NCBI GenBank assembly: GCA_951406725.2
Contig: OX597815.1
Coordinates: forward strand, 34,348,001 to 34,412,000
From: Octopus vulgaris
Lineage: Eukaryota
Direction: 5' to 3'
DNA: 64,000 nt
A program made the position numbers and the translations under genes. Shown here piece by piece: positions 14,256 to 27,639 of this stretch (the stretch's first letter is position 1; each line of letters starts with the position of its first letter). Under the pieces are notes generated by a model. It saw only the letters and a list, made by a program, of their open reading frames with translations, ran no database searches and had not been told where the DNA came from.

Positions 14256-14715
14256 TCAAAATAAGCAACAAGAATGACTCCGGTAATTTGGTACGATCGT
14301 TTCGTACTACATCATTTTATTAAATGTTGTAAGTATTACAACAGTTTTAAAATGCTGAGCACTCATCAGCCAATTATAGAGGTTTTCCATTAATACAAAA
14401 ATGTTCATATCAAGTGGTAACATTATAGAGAAGGTAGATACATAGACAAAGATGTGGATTTAAATTTTAAAATTTTAAATGGAAAACCTCTATAATTGGC
14501 TCATGAGTGCTCAGCATTTTAAAACTGTTGTAATACTTACGACATTTAATAAAATGATGTAGTACGAAACAATCGTACAAAATTACCGGAGTCATTCTTG
14601 TTGCTTATTTTGATTATAATCACCCCACAGATTTTTATGGATAACACCATACAGAATTCTGGTGCATCTAAAATTAAGTACCATATTCATTTGAATCTAA
14701 ATTTTTGCTGAAAAT
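14256..14715. mobile_element. Penelope-like/retrozyme-type non-autonomous element with 136-bp inverted repeats, flanked by (TA)n
   Basis: Arms 14256-14391 and 14478-14613 are reverse complements with 4 mismatches and contain a hammerhead motif. Confidence 0.7.
14284..14376 (-). ncRNA. type I hammerhead ribozyme motif (intact core, long stem II)
   Basis: Minus strand: TTGG-CTGATGA-GTGCT..(49-nt hairpin)..AGTAC-GAAAC-GATC-GTA-CCAA. Confidence 0.72.
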
Positions 14716-14730
14716 ATATATATATATATA

Positions 14731-15462
14731 CGAGGTCCGATCAATAAGTACTAGGACTGTTACCATAGTAACGAAGCTAAAGCACGCAGAATGAAGCCAC
14801 CAGACAAAGATTGACTTTGAACTCTGCTGTGCATGTGCACTGAGTTTCAAGGTTCTAGCTCACTTCTGAAGTTTACAACAGTGATTGGAAAGAAGGTGTG
14901 TACGAGTGGTCAGACGTTTCCAAGATGGCCGAAAAAATATCGATATTGACGAACATTCTGGGAGACCCGCAAGCAGCAGAACTGAGAAAAACATCGCAGA
15001 TGTGCCTGCAGCCGTGAGGGGAAATCATCGAATCACCATCCGTGAGTTATCAGAGGCTGTGCAGATTAGTTACGGTTCAGTTCTGTCCATCATCCCTGAA
15101 GATTTGTGTATGAGACGCGTGTCTGCCAAGTTTGTGCCAAAAACTGCTTTCAGCTAACTAAAATGACACTCGGATTTCAGTTGCACAAGATCTTGATTGT
15201 TTTAAGAACGATGAAATCTTCTTGAATACTTTGCGTAGGCCTCTGAGCTTTTGGCAAAATTTGATGCAGATTCTCTGCTCATCTTTCTCTGTCATGGTCA
15301 GTGCGACGATCACACGCTACACACCATCCTAACAAACACTGTCATAAACAGCGGAAGTAAGCTACAACGTTAAAACTTAGTGCGCATGCACAGCAGAGTT
15401 CAAGGTCAATTTGTGCCAAGCGGCTTTACTCTGCGTGTTTTAGCTTTGTTATCAGACCAGAC

Positions 15463-15466
<4 letters not shown>
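14731..15466 (+). mobile_element. internally deleted mariner derivative with long (~130-bp) inverted ends
   Basis: ORF 14885-15157 gives RRFQDGRKNIDIDEHSGRP..RITIRELSE..SAKFVPK (mariner HTH and WVP-like motif); 14770-14884 is the reverse complement of ~15337-15452; starts after TA. Confidence 0.8.
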
Positions 15467-15512
<46 letters not shown>

Positions 15513-15521
15513 ATATATATA

Positions 15522-18500
15522 TTTGATTTGATTTTGATTTTTCCAGTTTCAGCTTATGAGCTGTGGCCATGCTGGGGCACCGCCATTTGGTGTTGCTACT
15601 TGGTTTCACTTCATGAAGGCTTTCTAGCAGCTGCTATTTGGTGCATGAGAGAGTTCTGATGCAGCTGCCCTCATCTGCCCCTCCTGCCGTGAAGTTGGTT
15701 CATCTGGGACACCTGACAGGAAGAGATCCAGCTTCATTTTAAAGACATCTGTATCCACCCCATGCAGGTCTCTCAGGTTCTTCGGGAGGATATTGAAGAG
15801 CTGTGGGCCTCGGAAGCCCAGTCTATCACAGAATCTTGTCCTACATCTTGATGGCAAGTTTGGAGTCCTAGGCACCACGCAGTGGCTCCCAGTTCTGGCA
15901 TTTGCGTAACTCTCGATGCCAAAGTTCAGGACACTTCCCTCCAGGATCTTCCAGATGTATATTATGGCATATCTTTCCCGCCTACGCTCCAGGCAATATA
16001 ATTTTAATTTCCTGAGTCTTTCCCAGTAGCTTACATTCTGCATAGAGGCTATCTTCTTCGTGTAGCTACGTTGGATCGCCTCGAGCTCTGTGATCAACTT
16101 GACACTGGATGGTGACCATAACTGAGAGCAGTAGTCAAAGTGGCTTAGGACAAGTGTCCTCCAGAGGACCATCATGGTTTCTTGTTCTCTTGTTCTAAAG
16201 GTTCTGAGGATCCATCCGGCCAGTCGTCTACATTTCATTGCCAATTTAGCAACATGTACACGAAAGGTCGCGTCATCACTCATGTAAATACCTAGGTCAC
16301 GCACTGATTGTGCCTCTGGGATTGCTATTCTTCCGGGTCCAGTGTATTCATTGGGTATTGCATTTAGTTTTGCATGCTGATAGTATAGAGCTTGAAACTT
16401 TTCAGCATTGAACTGCATGCTATTCTTTTCGGCCCACTTGTATATTTTGTCTAGCTCACATTGCAGGTGTTTAGTGTCCTCAGGGTTCTGTATTGCCTGT
16501 GAAACTTTTGTATCATCTGCATAACTTGTGATCGTGGCTCTCTGCGTGGCTGAGGGCATGTCTGAGAGGGCCATTATGAACAGTAGTGGTCCCAGAACAG
16601 TGCCCTGCGGAACACCGCTCACTATTTGCGTGTTAATGGAAGTGGCCCCATTGGCCACTACCACCTGACTTCTATCTTTCAGAAAGTCATGAAGCCATTC
16701 TCCCAGGTTTCCAACTATGTTGAGATCACGCAGTTTGTGACATATCATTCCATGATCGACTTTATCAAAGGCCTTTGCAAAGTCGAGATATATCACTTCC
16801 ACATTTGAGTGGTTGAGCAGCCGTTTCAGCACCCAGTCATAGTGTTGTAGGAGCTGAGTTAAACAGCTTCTCCTGGTCGGAAACCATGTTGGGTGTCGGG
16901 CAGCAAGTCATTTTCTTCAAGTAAGGTGATCAGCTTCCTTCTGACTATTCGTTCCATGACCTTGCTGATGTGTGAGGTCAGAGAGATAGGTCTATAGTTC
17001 TTGGCTTCCGCTCTGCTACCTCCTTTATGAATGGGGCATATTTTACCTTCCTTCAGTTTTCTTGGAAGTTTGCCAGCTGCAAGGAAGCTCTGAAAGAGGA
17101 ACTGCAGTGGTCTTGCTAGGACTCTCTTACATGCTTTTAGGAGGATTGCCGGGAATCCATCGGGGCCAGTAGCTGAGTCTGTTTTCATTTCATCTATAGC
17201 CTTGATTACATCGTCTTCCTTTATATCAATGTAATCTATCGTCGCCGCCTCTGATTTTATATCTGCAGTGGTAAAAAAGTCAGTTGGATTGGTGATCTGG
17301 AGATGCCCAAGGGGTGGAGTGAAAACACTCTTGAATTGCTCATTCAGTATTTCACTTACCCTCATTGGTTTTCCTGTAAGTGTGCCATCCTTTTTGAGGA
17401 GTGGCCCTATTCTACAGTGCACCGTAGCTGTTTCTTTGGCATACCTGTAGAAAGCTCTGGGGTTAGATTTTATGTTGTCTATAGCCCAGGCTTCTTTGTC
17501 TGCTCTTTCCTTTTCATGGGAGAGTTTCAGACATTTTTCGATTTCCAACAGTTTTATTTTTAGGCGGGACTTTTCACTGCTTTCAATCTGTTTGTTTAGG
17601 CGATTTGAAAATTTTTGTACGCCGTCTCATTAGAATTTTCCTCTCTCTGGGGATTTTGTTCTTGTGTACAGTGGCCTTTCTCTCTGGGACATATTTGTAG
17701 CATATGGCTTGCATTACAGACATGAATTGTTGAAGTTTCACGTCGATGTCTGGCGAGGAGAGACATTTAGGCCAGTTTTGTTTGAGGATCTCTTTCTCAA
17801 TTTGTTTCCAGTTTGCCTTATGGTAGTTCAAGCTGGAAAGATTCTGGGGTTTCTTGTAGGCTGCATGTCCGTGCTCTCTTTTGGCCCGTACATGGTCAGC
17901 TCTATCATGTTGTGATCCGAGAGTAGTGTCGGTGTCACTTTCACATTATGGATGAGATCCATGTCATTTGTGAAGCAGAGATCCAGTGTGTTACCTGCCC
18001 TGGTTGGTTGGAGTATTACCTGCTCCATGTACAGGGTGTTGATGAGGTTCAGGAGGGACCTCGCCTGTCCTCGTTCACATCTTGTCATTCCTGGGAGAGA
18101 AAGGCCCTCGGGCCATCTGACATTTGGCAGATTGAAGTCTCCCATAAGAAGTACACTTATGTGTTGTTCTAATGTGGTTAGAACTTCTTCTATTTTTATA
18201 AGGCAGTCTTCAAACTTGCCCACATGGCTTGGGGCATCTGGAGGGCGGTATGTAGCACACACAACTACATCAAGTTGCCTAATATGTACAATTAGTGTGT
18301 CACACACCGAGTTTGAGTATGACAAGAGGACCTGGAGTGTGAGGTCCTCACGGATGTACATAGCAACACCTCCATGACTCCTTTCTTTCCTGTCGGTCCG
18401 TAGTACAGCATACTGTGGTATGTGTAACTCCGCATCTGCTATATCCGGTTTCAGGTGCGTTTCCGTTAGTGCTATGCATAAGGCTTGATTGCATGCAACA

Positions 18501-18530
18501 AAATCTCTCAGGAACGGGATTTTTGTCCTG

Positions 18531-18535
<5 letters not shown>
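15522..18535 (-). mobile_element. CR1-group LINE: ORF2 (APE endonuclease plus reverse transcriptase) and 3' UTR, 5'-truncated, frameshifted
   Basis: IALTETHL, YRPP, MGDFN, TLDLCF, SDHN (APE); ATGPDG, NYRPISLTS, QHGFRPG, YLDFAKAFDKVDH, GVPQGTVLGPLLF, YADD, RDLG (RT); (AAATC)n tail; (TA)n flanks. Confidence 0.95.
15624..18533 (-). pseudogene. LINE ORF2 endonuclease/reverse transcriptase split into four frames
   Basis: Track ORFs 17828-18619, 17583-17831, 16859-17548 and 15624-16832 join into one ORF2-like protein. Confidence 0.9.
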
Positions 18536-18564
<29 letters not shown>

Positions 18565-18568
<4 letters not shown>

Positions 18569-18982
18569 TTTTATTCTTTTACCTATTTCCATCATTTGAC
18601 AGCGGTCATGTTGGAGCACTGCCTTAAATGGATTTTTATTCGAACAAATCGATCCCAGGACTTATTCTATCGTTCTCTTCTGCCGAACTGCTAAGTTACA
18701 GGGACGTAAACATTAGCATCAGTTGACAAGCGATGGTAGGTGGGTGGGACAAATATAGACACAAAGACACACACACACACATACACACACACATAAATAT
18801 ATACATATATACATATACGACAGGCTTCTTTTCCTTTTCTGTCTACCAAATCTACTCACGAGCCTTTGGTTGACCCGAGGCTATAGTAGAAGATACTTGC
18901 CCAAGGTTCCACGCAGTGAGACTGAACCCGGAACCGGGTGGTTGGGAAGCAGGCTTCTTACTACACAACCACGCATGCGCCT
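18565..18982 (-). mobile_element. SINE family A
   Basis: Reverse-complement match from tail (CATTTGACAGCGGTCATGTTGGAGCAC) to head (ACAACCACGCATGCGCC). Confidence 0.82.
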
Positions 18983-19187
18983 ATATACAAACATATATAA
19001 ATAGATCATACTCGCACACAGACACACACGCTCACATACTCAGATACATATATTCACGCATATACACACATACAGAGTATGAAACTGATTTCAATCGATC
19101 ACCATAAGCATCGAAATCTCTTACTTGCCGATACATAGACAGACACACAAACACGCACACACTTGCGCAGACATAGACATGCATGCA

Positions 19188-19223
<36 letters not shown>

Positions 19224-19879
19224 CACACGTAGAAATACGCATATATATATATATATGCAAATGTACATACATATAGATACACACGCACATATATTAGCAG
19301 ATACACGCACATATATATAAGCAGACATACACACATATACACAGATGTACTTATGTATACGTAGAAATAAACATATATTCACACATACACATATAGACAT
19401 ACACATGCATACTTATATACGCTTATACACTTGTACACGCATAAATACATATATACGCATATACACATACACGCTTAGATACGTATAGCACTTACATACC
19501 CATACACACACTTATGAACGCATACACACAACCACACTCTTATGTACACATACATGTACGCACACACATACATGTACTCATACACATACACATGTACACA
19601 TACACATACACATGTATACATACACATACATCTATGCATACACACACCCGTGCACATACACACACATACATACATACATACACACATATGTACTCATGCA
19701 CACCTACACTTGTTCGCATACACACACATACATGTAGGCCTACACATACATGTAGGCCAACACACACATGTAGGCACATGTAGGCCTACACACACATGTA
19801 GGCTTACACACACATGCACGCATACACACATGTAGCTATACACACACATATACACGCATACACACACATATACACGAAT

Positions 19880-20230
19880 ACACACATGTAAGCATACACA
19901 TATAAATATGCATACTTACATGTACGCATACACAGACGTACGCATACACACATGTACGCATACACACATGTACGCATATACACATGTACGCATACACACA
20001 TGTACGCATACACACATGTACGCATACACACATGTACGCATACACACATGTACGCATACACACATGTACGCATACATACATGTACGCATACACACATGTA
20101 AGCATACACACATGTACGCATACACACATGTACGCATACACACATGTACGCATACACAGACGTACGCATACCCTGACGTACGCATACCCTGACGTACGCA
20201 TACACACATACATGTACACACACATGTACA
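19880..20230. repeat. 16-bp minisatellite (GTACGCATACACACAT)n within a CA/TA-rich tract (~19000-20330)
   Basis: About 15 or more near-perfect units. Confidence 0.9.
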
Positions 20231-20932
20231 GAAACATATACACATAGACAAGTACGCACACACACTCACACTTACGTACGCATGCACACACACAAACACA
20301 CACACATCCACATACATGTATGCTTACACTAAAGCATGTGCTCACATTGATATAGAGAAAAAGTGACTTGCAACGCCATAAATGTCGGCAGATCCACGGT
20401 GGCGAGATGCAGAAATACCTTAGCGACAACAGCTTCGCGGCAGGTGATGACGCATTACATATCACGTGACTCTCTTCCTTTCTTCCCTGCTTAACTAGTA
20501 GTGATGATGGCTTAAAACATCTGTTTTACGTTATTATTATTGATTTGGTGTTTGGAATCGCTCTGGAATGCAGGTTTCGTCGTTCTGACACAGCTTCCTG
20601 TGGACTCAGAGATCTTAACGAACACCTTGTTCGATTCGTTCATAATAGCAATTTATTTTGCAAGCGAGTATGCAAGTATTTATTATATATATTATATACA
20701 TGTCTATATGATTGCCATCTCTGCCTATCATTTTGTTTCACCTGCCTATATATATAACAACCGCTTGTCTCTTAAATAATTCCTAACTTAAAACTTTGTA
20801 TCTAATTCCTTAACTAGCAAACTATCACAACAATACACACCTTCGTTTCCACACTCTAACTATTCACCGACTCTGTTTACTATCTAGTTAGCATACGGAC
20901 ATATGAACCTAACTTACAAAACACACACCCAT

Positions 20933-21022
<90 letters not shown>

Positions 21023-21321
21023 TGTGTGTGTGAGTGTGTGTGTGTACTTCATTTTTGTATCTGGCTTGCAAGATTCTTTACGTGAATTCGCGTGTTGAAA
21101 CAAATTACGTTGTGTCTGGGGAGAATCATATCGATTTTAATGCCTTATTATCTAACATACTTACCGGTTCGATTGGATATTGACAGCATCCATTGACAAG
21201 GTTGCAAAAGCAACAAATATTTTGGAAGTAAAAAAAAAGAACTATAAATAATAGATGAATGGAAATTGAGCTGGGGAGTGTGTTAGATATTAAGGCAGTA
21301 TGACTCTCCCCAGACACAACA

Positions 21322-21354
<33 letters not shown>

Positions 21355-21439
21355 TGTATGTATGTATGTATGTATGTATGTATGTATGTATGTATGCATG
21401 TATGTGTGAGTGTGTATGTGTGTGTGTGTGAAATATATA

Positions 21440-21655
21440 TTGGTGCAGCAAAGAGGAGGGCTGAAGCTGCAGAAAAGTCCACAAGGAGGCTTTGTATAAA
21501 GAAGGCAGATCATTGGCCTGCCGTGATAGGGATGTAATTTGGAAGTTGATCAACCCCGGCTGGGTCAACTGGGTGAGATGTTGAAAGATATGAACTACTT
21601 CGAGAACTCCAGTAGCTCCACAGACGATGCATCCCAGAGGATCTGTAAGATGTAT
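21440..21655 (+). mobile_element. possible 3' end of a HERO/RLE-type non-LTR element
   Basis: Encodes AEAAEKSTRRLCIKK, resembling the HERO-clade C-terminal motif (from memory), followed by a UTR-like GATCAACCCCGGCTGGGTCA. Confidence 0.4.
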
Positions 21656-21663
21656 CTTAATAC

Positions 21664-21720
<57 letters not shown>

Positions 21721-21999
21721 GAGATAGGGGTTGAAAATTCAACCCACCATGGGATAATATATATCCAATATATATATATTTATATATATATATATATATA
21801 TAATTAATCAGTTATAGGATTCGGTAGAATCTAGGCATTTTAATGATCAGAACGCCGGGAGAGAATCGAATTTCTCATGTACGTAGACGTACCAAATATA
21901 TACAACGCAGCGCAGTATATATTCGAATACACACACATACACACCCCATATATGTGTGTATGTGTATGTGTGTATGTGTTTGTGTGTGTGTGTGTCCGT

Positions 22000-22200
22000 C
22001 TTCCCTTCCTTGGACTTTTCTTTTTTTCTATGTTTCTGTGGTTTTTATGTGCTTTTTTTCTATGTTTTTGACGAAGAGCTCCGCTCGAAACGTTAAATCC
22101 TCCTTCTTTCTTTCCTTTCCTGAGCGTCCAATAACACTATACTTGTTCCACGTTCTCGCGTTGTTGTGTTTTCTATTTGTTCATGTTTGGATTAACTATA
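22000..22200 (+). mobile_element. Penelope-like terminal fragment with a degenerate hammerhead-like motif
   Basis: TTGACGA-A-GAGC-TCC-GCTC-GAAAC-GTTAA at 22068-22096; lies between microsatellites. Confidence 0.45.
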
Positions 22201-22208
22201 GATATGTG

Positions 22209-22263
<55 letters not shown>

Positions 22264-23437
22264 ATGTGGGTGTATATGTATATATATATATACATATACG
22301 ATAGGGTGGCTTTTAAGCTAGTATATATCTTTTAAGCTACTGACCCCGAATGGGAAGGTTTGCAAACAGACCTCTGACTTGTTTTGGAGAAAATTGTTGC
22401 AGTTGCTTCCTCCAGAGTCATATCCCAATGATGGTCCTATTCATTGCAAAAAAAAAATCGCATTAAAGAATCGCCGAAAATAATCGCTGGTTTTCGCAGT
22501 TAATTTTGGTTATTCCCAAAATATACTTTCAAGTTATAAAAATTGTTATCGTACAAAAAAAATCCGTCGCAAAAAAACCACATAAAAAATCGCCGAAAAC
22601 AATCGCATTAATGAAAACTTGGGAATTCAAAATTTCAGGATTAGGGGGTCCAGATTCGACCCGTAATGTTTTTAATTTACTCACAGGGCCAGCCTGATTC
22701 CCAAATGGTATATGTTGGGCTATGGCCTCTAGGAATAAAGTTTAAAAACGTGTGACACTCTAAGACACTGGCACACCGACATACGCATTTATTATATTAG
22801 ATATATATATGCACATGCACACACGTAGGTTCACTATCCCGTGAAAATTAAAGATCCAACATAGAGATGGTTCTAGTTATGGCTTTCATATAAAATAAGA
22901 ACACAAATGGATTTTAGAGGTTCACAACAGCTGTTTCAGTAGCATTTTATTATTGAAAGTATCAATTATATCGATTACATCTTGAACAAAATCTGCTTTC
23001 TTCAGGTGTGTTTAAACTTAGATAGGAGAAGATTCCGACCATTGCAGATACAAATAGATCTTTTATTGGTTTCGACCATGTCAATTTCAGTTGTTCCAGC
23101 AATTTTATTTATTGTATTTGCATGCATGAGGCTCTTTATTCTATAATCATATATTCTTCTGACGTATTACTTAGGCAGAATCAGTGTGACACAGTGTAAG
23201 AGAATGTTAGCTATATGATTTATAAATGCAGACCGTTTGACAAGGCTTCTCACAGTTTCCATTTACAGAATTTCACTCAGAATGTTTTGAGTTGAATCAA
23301 AGCTACAGAATGAAAAGAAAAATGCTTCAACAAAATGGTGGCGGATGAAATTTCAAATGTATATTTAAAATATAATTGTGTTCTACTTATATGCATTTTA
23401 TTAATTTTATTTTCCGATTTTACAAAAATTAATACGT

Positions 23438-23820
23438 GTGGCTGTGTGGTAAGTAGCTTGCTAACCAACCACATGGTTCCGGGTTCAGTCCCACTGCGTG
23501 GCACCTTGGGCAAGTGTCTTCTACTATAGCCCCGGGCCGACCAATGCCTTGTGAGTGGATTTGGTAGACGGAAACTGAAAGAAGCCTGTCGTATATATGT
23601 ATATATATGTATGTGTGTTTGTTTGTGTGTCTGTGTCTGTCCCCCGATGCTGGTGTGTTTGCGTCCCCGTCACTTAGCGGTTCGGCAAAAGAGACCGATA
23701 GAATAAGTACTGGGCTTACAAAGAATAAGTCCCAGGGTCGATTTGCACGACTGAAGGCGGTGCTCCAGCATGGCCGCAGTCAAATGACTGAAACAAGTAA
23801 AAGAATAAAAGAAAGAAAAG
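23438..23820 (+). mobile_element. SINE family A, near-consensus copy
   Basis: Head through tail GGCGGTGCTCCAGCATGGCCGCAGTCAAATGACTGAAACAAGTAAAAG. Confidence 0.92.
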
Positions 23821-24901
23821 AATATGGACAGGCAGACAGACAAATATAGTGGTGGAACTCCTTATTCGATGATGAAAATGCACTTGTTATAACCAAAGAT
23901 TAAGCTCCTCGTGAAATAACGTTTTTAAGTGGCTGAATATTCCACAGGTGCATATCCTTCATCATGCATCTTCTAGCTTCATTTCTTGTGTTAATTTTAT
24001 TTATTTCTTTTTGGGTTAATGCTTTTCATTGTTCCTTATTCTCCTCTCTTTGCTATAATTTTCTCCTTTGCATGTTTGTCCATCCTTCCCTGTATCTTCT
24101 CTGCCTCTTTCGATTCAGTTCTAGCTGTTGCATTTTATGATCGTTTTTCGCCCTAATTCACCAAACTCCGTTTCAGTAATAAAATAATTTAAGAAGCACA
24201 TATTACACATCTGGCATACACACACTCACACACGAACGTTAACGGTGAGTGCACAAATACACAGACCCCACCACCACCCACTCTCTCAGCCCTATTCTTT
24301 CACTTTCCCAAAACGACATTTAGGTGTGCGTGTCTATAGCGTTCGTATATGTGTATGTGTACGTGTGAATGTATGTAGCGTTCATTTTAATCTCTCTGTC
24401 TCTCTGCCACTCTCTCTCTCTCTCTCCCTCTCTCGAACTCGAACTCACACTTTTACCATCTCCTTCTAACAGCATGACGTATTTTTTATACTACAAGAAT
24501 GTATTGTTAGTACTTTAATGTAATAGATAATATAAGAGGTGAGTTTTGACGAAAAAGGACCTTGTTGGAAATATTGAAGCTTACCTCACCACCTTCGCAA
24601 ACGAATATATTTTGCATTACGATTTACAAAAAATATATTTAATTCGACAAACAAAGTTGGCGAAGAAAGGAATTAAATGTTAAGCGATGAAAGGAATAAA
24701 ATACAATGACAAAAATAGTAACTTATTCGCTAGGCACTTGGAAATGGGCAAACATATAAATGGCTACGCAAAAAAAAACAGTTCAACCTTAAAGAACATG
24801 AAATACTCTAGTCTGAGTATAACTATATTTACCAAATAAAATGTCTGCAATCCGATTATCTACGACGAATGTAAGAAGGGTGATTAAGCTAAAGTAATTT
24901 A

Positions 24902-26164
24902 TCAGGTCATCCCATAAGTTCTGTCCGATTTTACCATTTTTTAAAATTGAATGAAATTTAATAGTATTTGAGAATGTCTAATGGAGTTCAAAATTATTTT
25001 TATGCATTTGTGTACACGTAAACTTATTAAATATTATTTCACAGAATGATAGAATTGAAATTTCTTTGATTAAAACCCTTTCTAACATGGAAGTATCCAA
25101 AGAACATTTAAGGCACGTAATGCTTTATGAGTACAAAAAAAGAAACTCTGCAGCCGAAGCGACTCGAAACACTCAGTTTATGGGAAAGAATGCTTAAATG
25201 AAAGAACTTGCAGAAGATGGTTTGCAAAATTCAGAAGTGGAGATTTCAACCTTGAAGATGAAGATCGAACAGGACGTCCAGTTGAGTTTGATGATAAACT
25301 CCCTGAGGCATTACTTGAAGAAAATCCTACATTATCACTCGAAGAATTGGCCAAAAGCTTAATTCAAACCATACAAATGTTCATCTTCAACAACTTGGGA
25401 ACGTTCCTAAACTTGGAAAATGGGTGCCTCATGAATTGTCCGAAAGCAACCGCAAATCCCCAGTTGACATCTGCTCTTCTCTCCATTCTCGCGAACTCAT
25501 TTCACCCTTTTTGGATAGACTTGTGACTGGTGATGAAAAATGGATGTTCTATCGAAATGTTAAACGTCGTAAACAGTGGCTTGGTAAAATGGAAAAAGCT
25601 CAACCACAACCGAGAAGGGAACTTCATGAGAAAAAGGTTTTTCTCCCTATCTGGTGGAATTGCAAAGGAGTAATTCACTTTGAATTGTCACAATCAATGC
25701 TCAAGTCTACTGTCAGCAATTAGAGCGTCTGAACCAAGCTTTGAAGGAAAAAAGACCCGCTTTAGTGAATCAAAAAGGAGTGATGTTTCATCAGGACAAT
25801 GCGCGACCCCACATTGCAAAGATCACATCACAGAAGTTCGAAGAGCTTGGTTGGGAAAAAATCCTCATCCACCTTATTCTCCCGACCTTGCTCCTTCAGA
25901 TTACCGTTTGTTTTGTATTTTACAAAATCATTTCGGGGACATAGCTTTTGCAAGCCAGGAGGAGGTCGAAACTGACATTTCAGTGCTCTTCGCTTTGAAA
26001 CCAAAAGAGTTTTACATTGATGGGATTAAAAAGCTTGTGAATAGATGGAAGGAAGTGATAGATAATCAGGGATAGTACATTGGTGATAAATTTCAATTAA
26101 ATATAACATTTGATCACTTGTTTTCTTTATTCAAAATTCGGACAGAACTTATGGGATGACCTGA
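24902..26164 (+). mobile_element. full-length mariner (DD34D) transposon, inactive
   Basis: TIR TCAGGTCATCCCATAAGTTCTGTCCGA at both ends with TA flanks; 1263 bp. Confidence 0.95.
25087..26075 (+). pseudogene. mariner transposase, frameshifted
   Basis: MEVSKEHLRHVMLYEY, WVPHELS, VTGDEKW, HQDNARPH and HPPYSPDLAPSDY across different frames. Confidence 0.93.
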
Positions 26165-26937
26165 TAATAAAAAGTGATAATCAAGGAAACCAAGTTAGGG
26201 GTTTATTACTTATATATGTTCTTGCGAAAGCAAGTTGGCAAAATTCCGTCATTCTGTATAGCAGGGATCATAATGCAATTGTCAAGATAGAAAGTTATAT
26301 CTTCTAGAAAACTTATGCGAAGCCGATTAGCTACTTTATAGAGCTACTGCCTCGATTTCCGGCGATACAAAACCCTCTCAAAGCTTCTCAGCCCATTTTG
26401 GCCAAAGGCCCCCTTTTAATCCTTGGAGTCACAAATGCCCTCCGCTCCCCCGAAGATATTTTTGCTTTTCAATATACTACTTATTTTGATATCAGCAGAT
26501 AATGATTAAAAAATAAAGGACGTTGTTTTACATATGCGCTTGTACGCAGTCAGGAGTACAGATGTACAAATTGAAATGTAAAAAAAAAAATAATAAATAA
26601 ATAATAAATAGATAAATAAAAACGAAATAATGAATTGAAAGTTTGGTAATTGTGTTTATTTCCACCACGCGACACTTATGAGATCAACGTGTTGTCTATC
26701 GAAAGAGTGCTCTTTGGTACAAGTAAATGCCGATGAAATCATTTCAAACCTTTCCGATTTCAAAACAGCTAAAATTTGTGCAACGATCTGATATATAAGC
26801 TATTGTCACCTGGAAGAGGACTTTTATGCCTAAGAAAGACAGTGTATTTGATAGAAATTGTTGTAATACATATGTACTTCATATGAGAAGCAAATTGTGG
26901 AGGATGGTATTCACTATCAGTTACACATGAGTATGTC

Positions 26938-26974
<37 letters not shown>

Positions 26975-27639
26975 AGAGAAGAGAAAAAGATAGATAGATT
27001 GATGAGGGTATCTTAGAGTACATATGTGTATGTGAAAGGATAAAGAACAACACATATGACCTTTGTTTGCTTACCCGTAAGAAAACTTCTTAACTCGCAA
27101 AATAATTTATTAGAAAGCGAAAGTGTTGTTTGAAAACGCCGTCCTCAAACATTCAGTTTAGATATACAGTCAAAAGAACCACTACGTCATTCTCAAATCA
27201 TATATAGCATTAGAAGGATCACGATATTGACGAGTTTAATATTTATCACCGAATTTGCATTGAACACCGGCAATGTAAAAGAAATAGACGTTAATAGTCA
27301 CGTCTCTCCGGGACAAACAAGCAACATATTCTTGATATCACACTAAATACAACTGATGCACTTAACAGAATTGTTTGGAAAAAAATTTGGAAACCAATCA
27401 TGTTACAATTAGATTTACGAGGTCTAGACTTGGTATATAGTAATTTGCACAAATTACCACGACTTCTGCTCTAACGAAAAGTTAGATCACCGCAGATGAT
27501 GATTAGTTTCGACACAGAGGTCGTATATTTGTGGAGAAAACCTAGGCGGGGACAGAAACCCAAAGTGTTGCTTTCGTGAGGAAGAATGATTGGACAAAAT
27601 ATTAAACTGCGAAATCATGGTGGGTAAGAATCAGTAGGG

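Noticed and set aside
22320-22801. Possible third Helitron (minus strand starts ATCTAATATAATAAATGCG)
   Set aside because: No convincing 3' hairpin plus CTRR|T end found.
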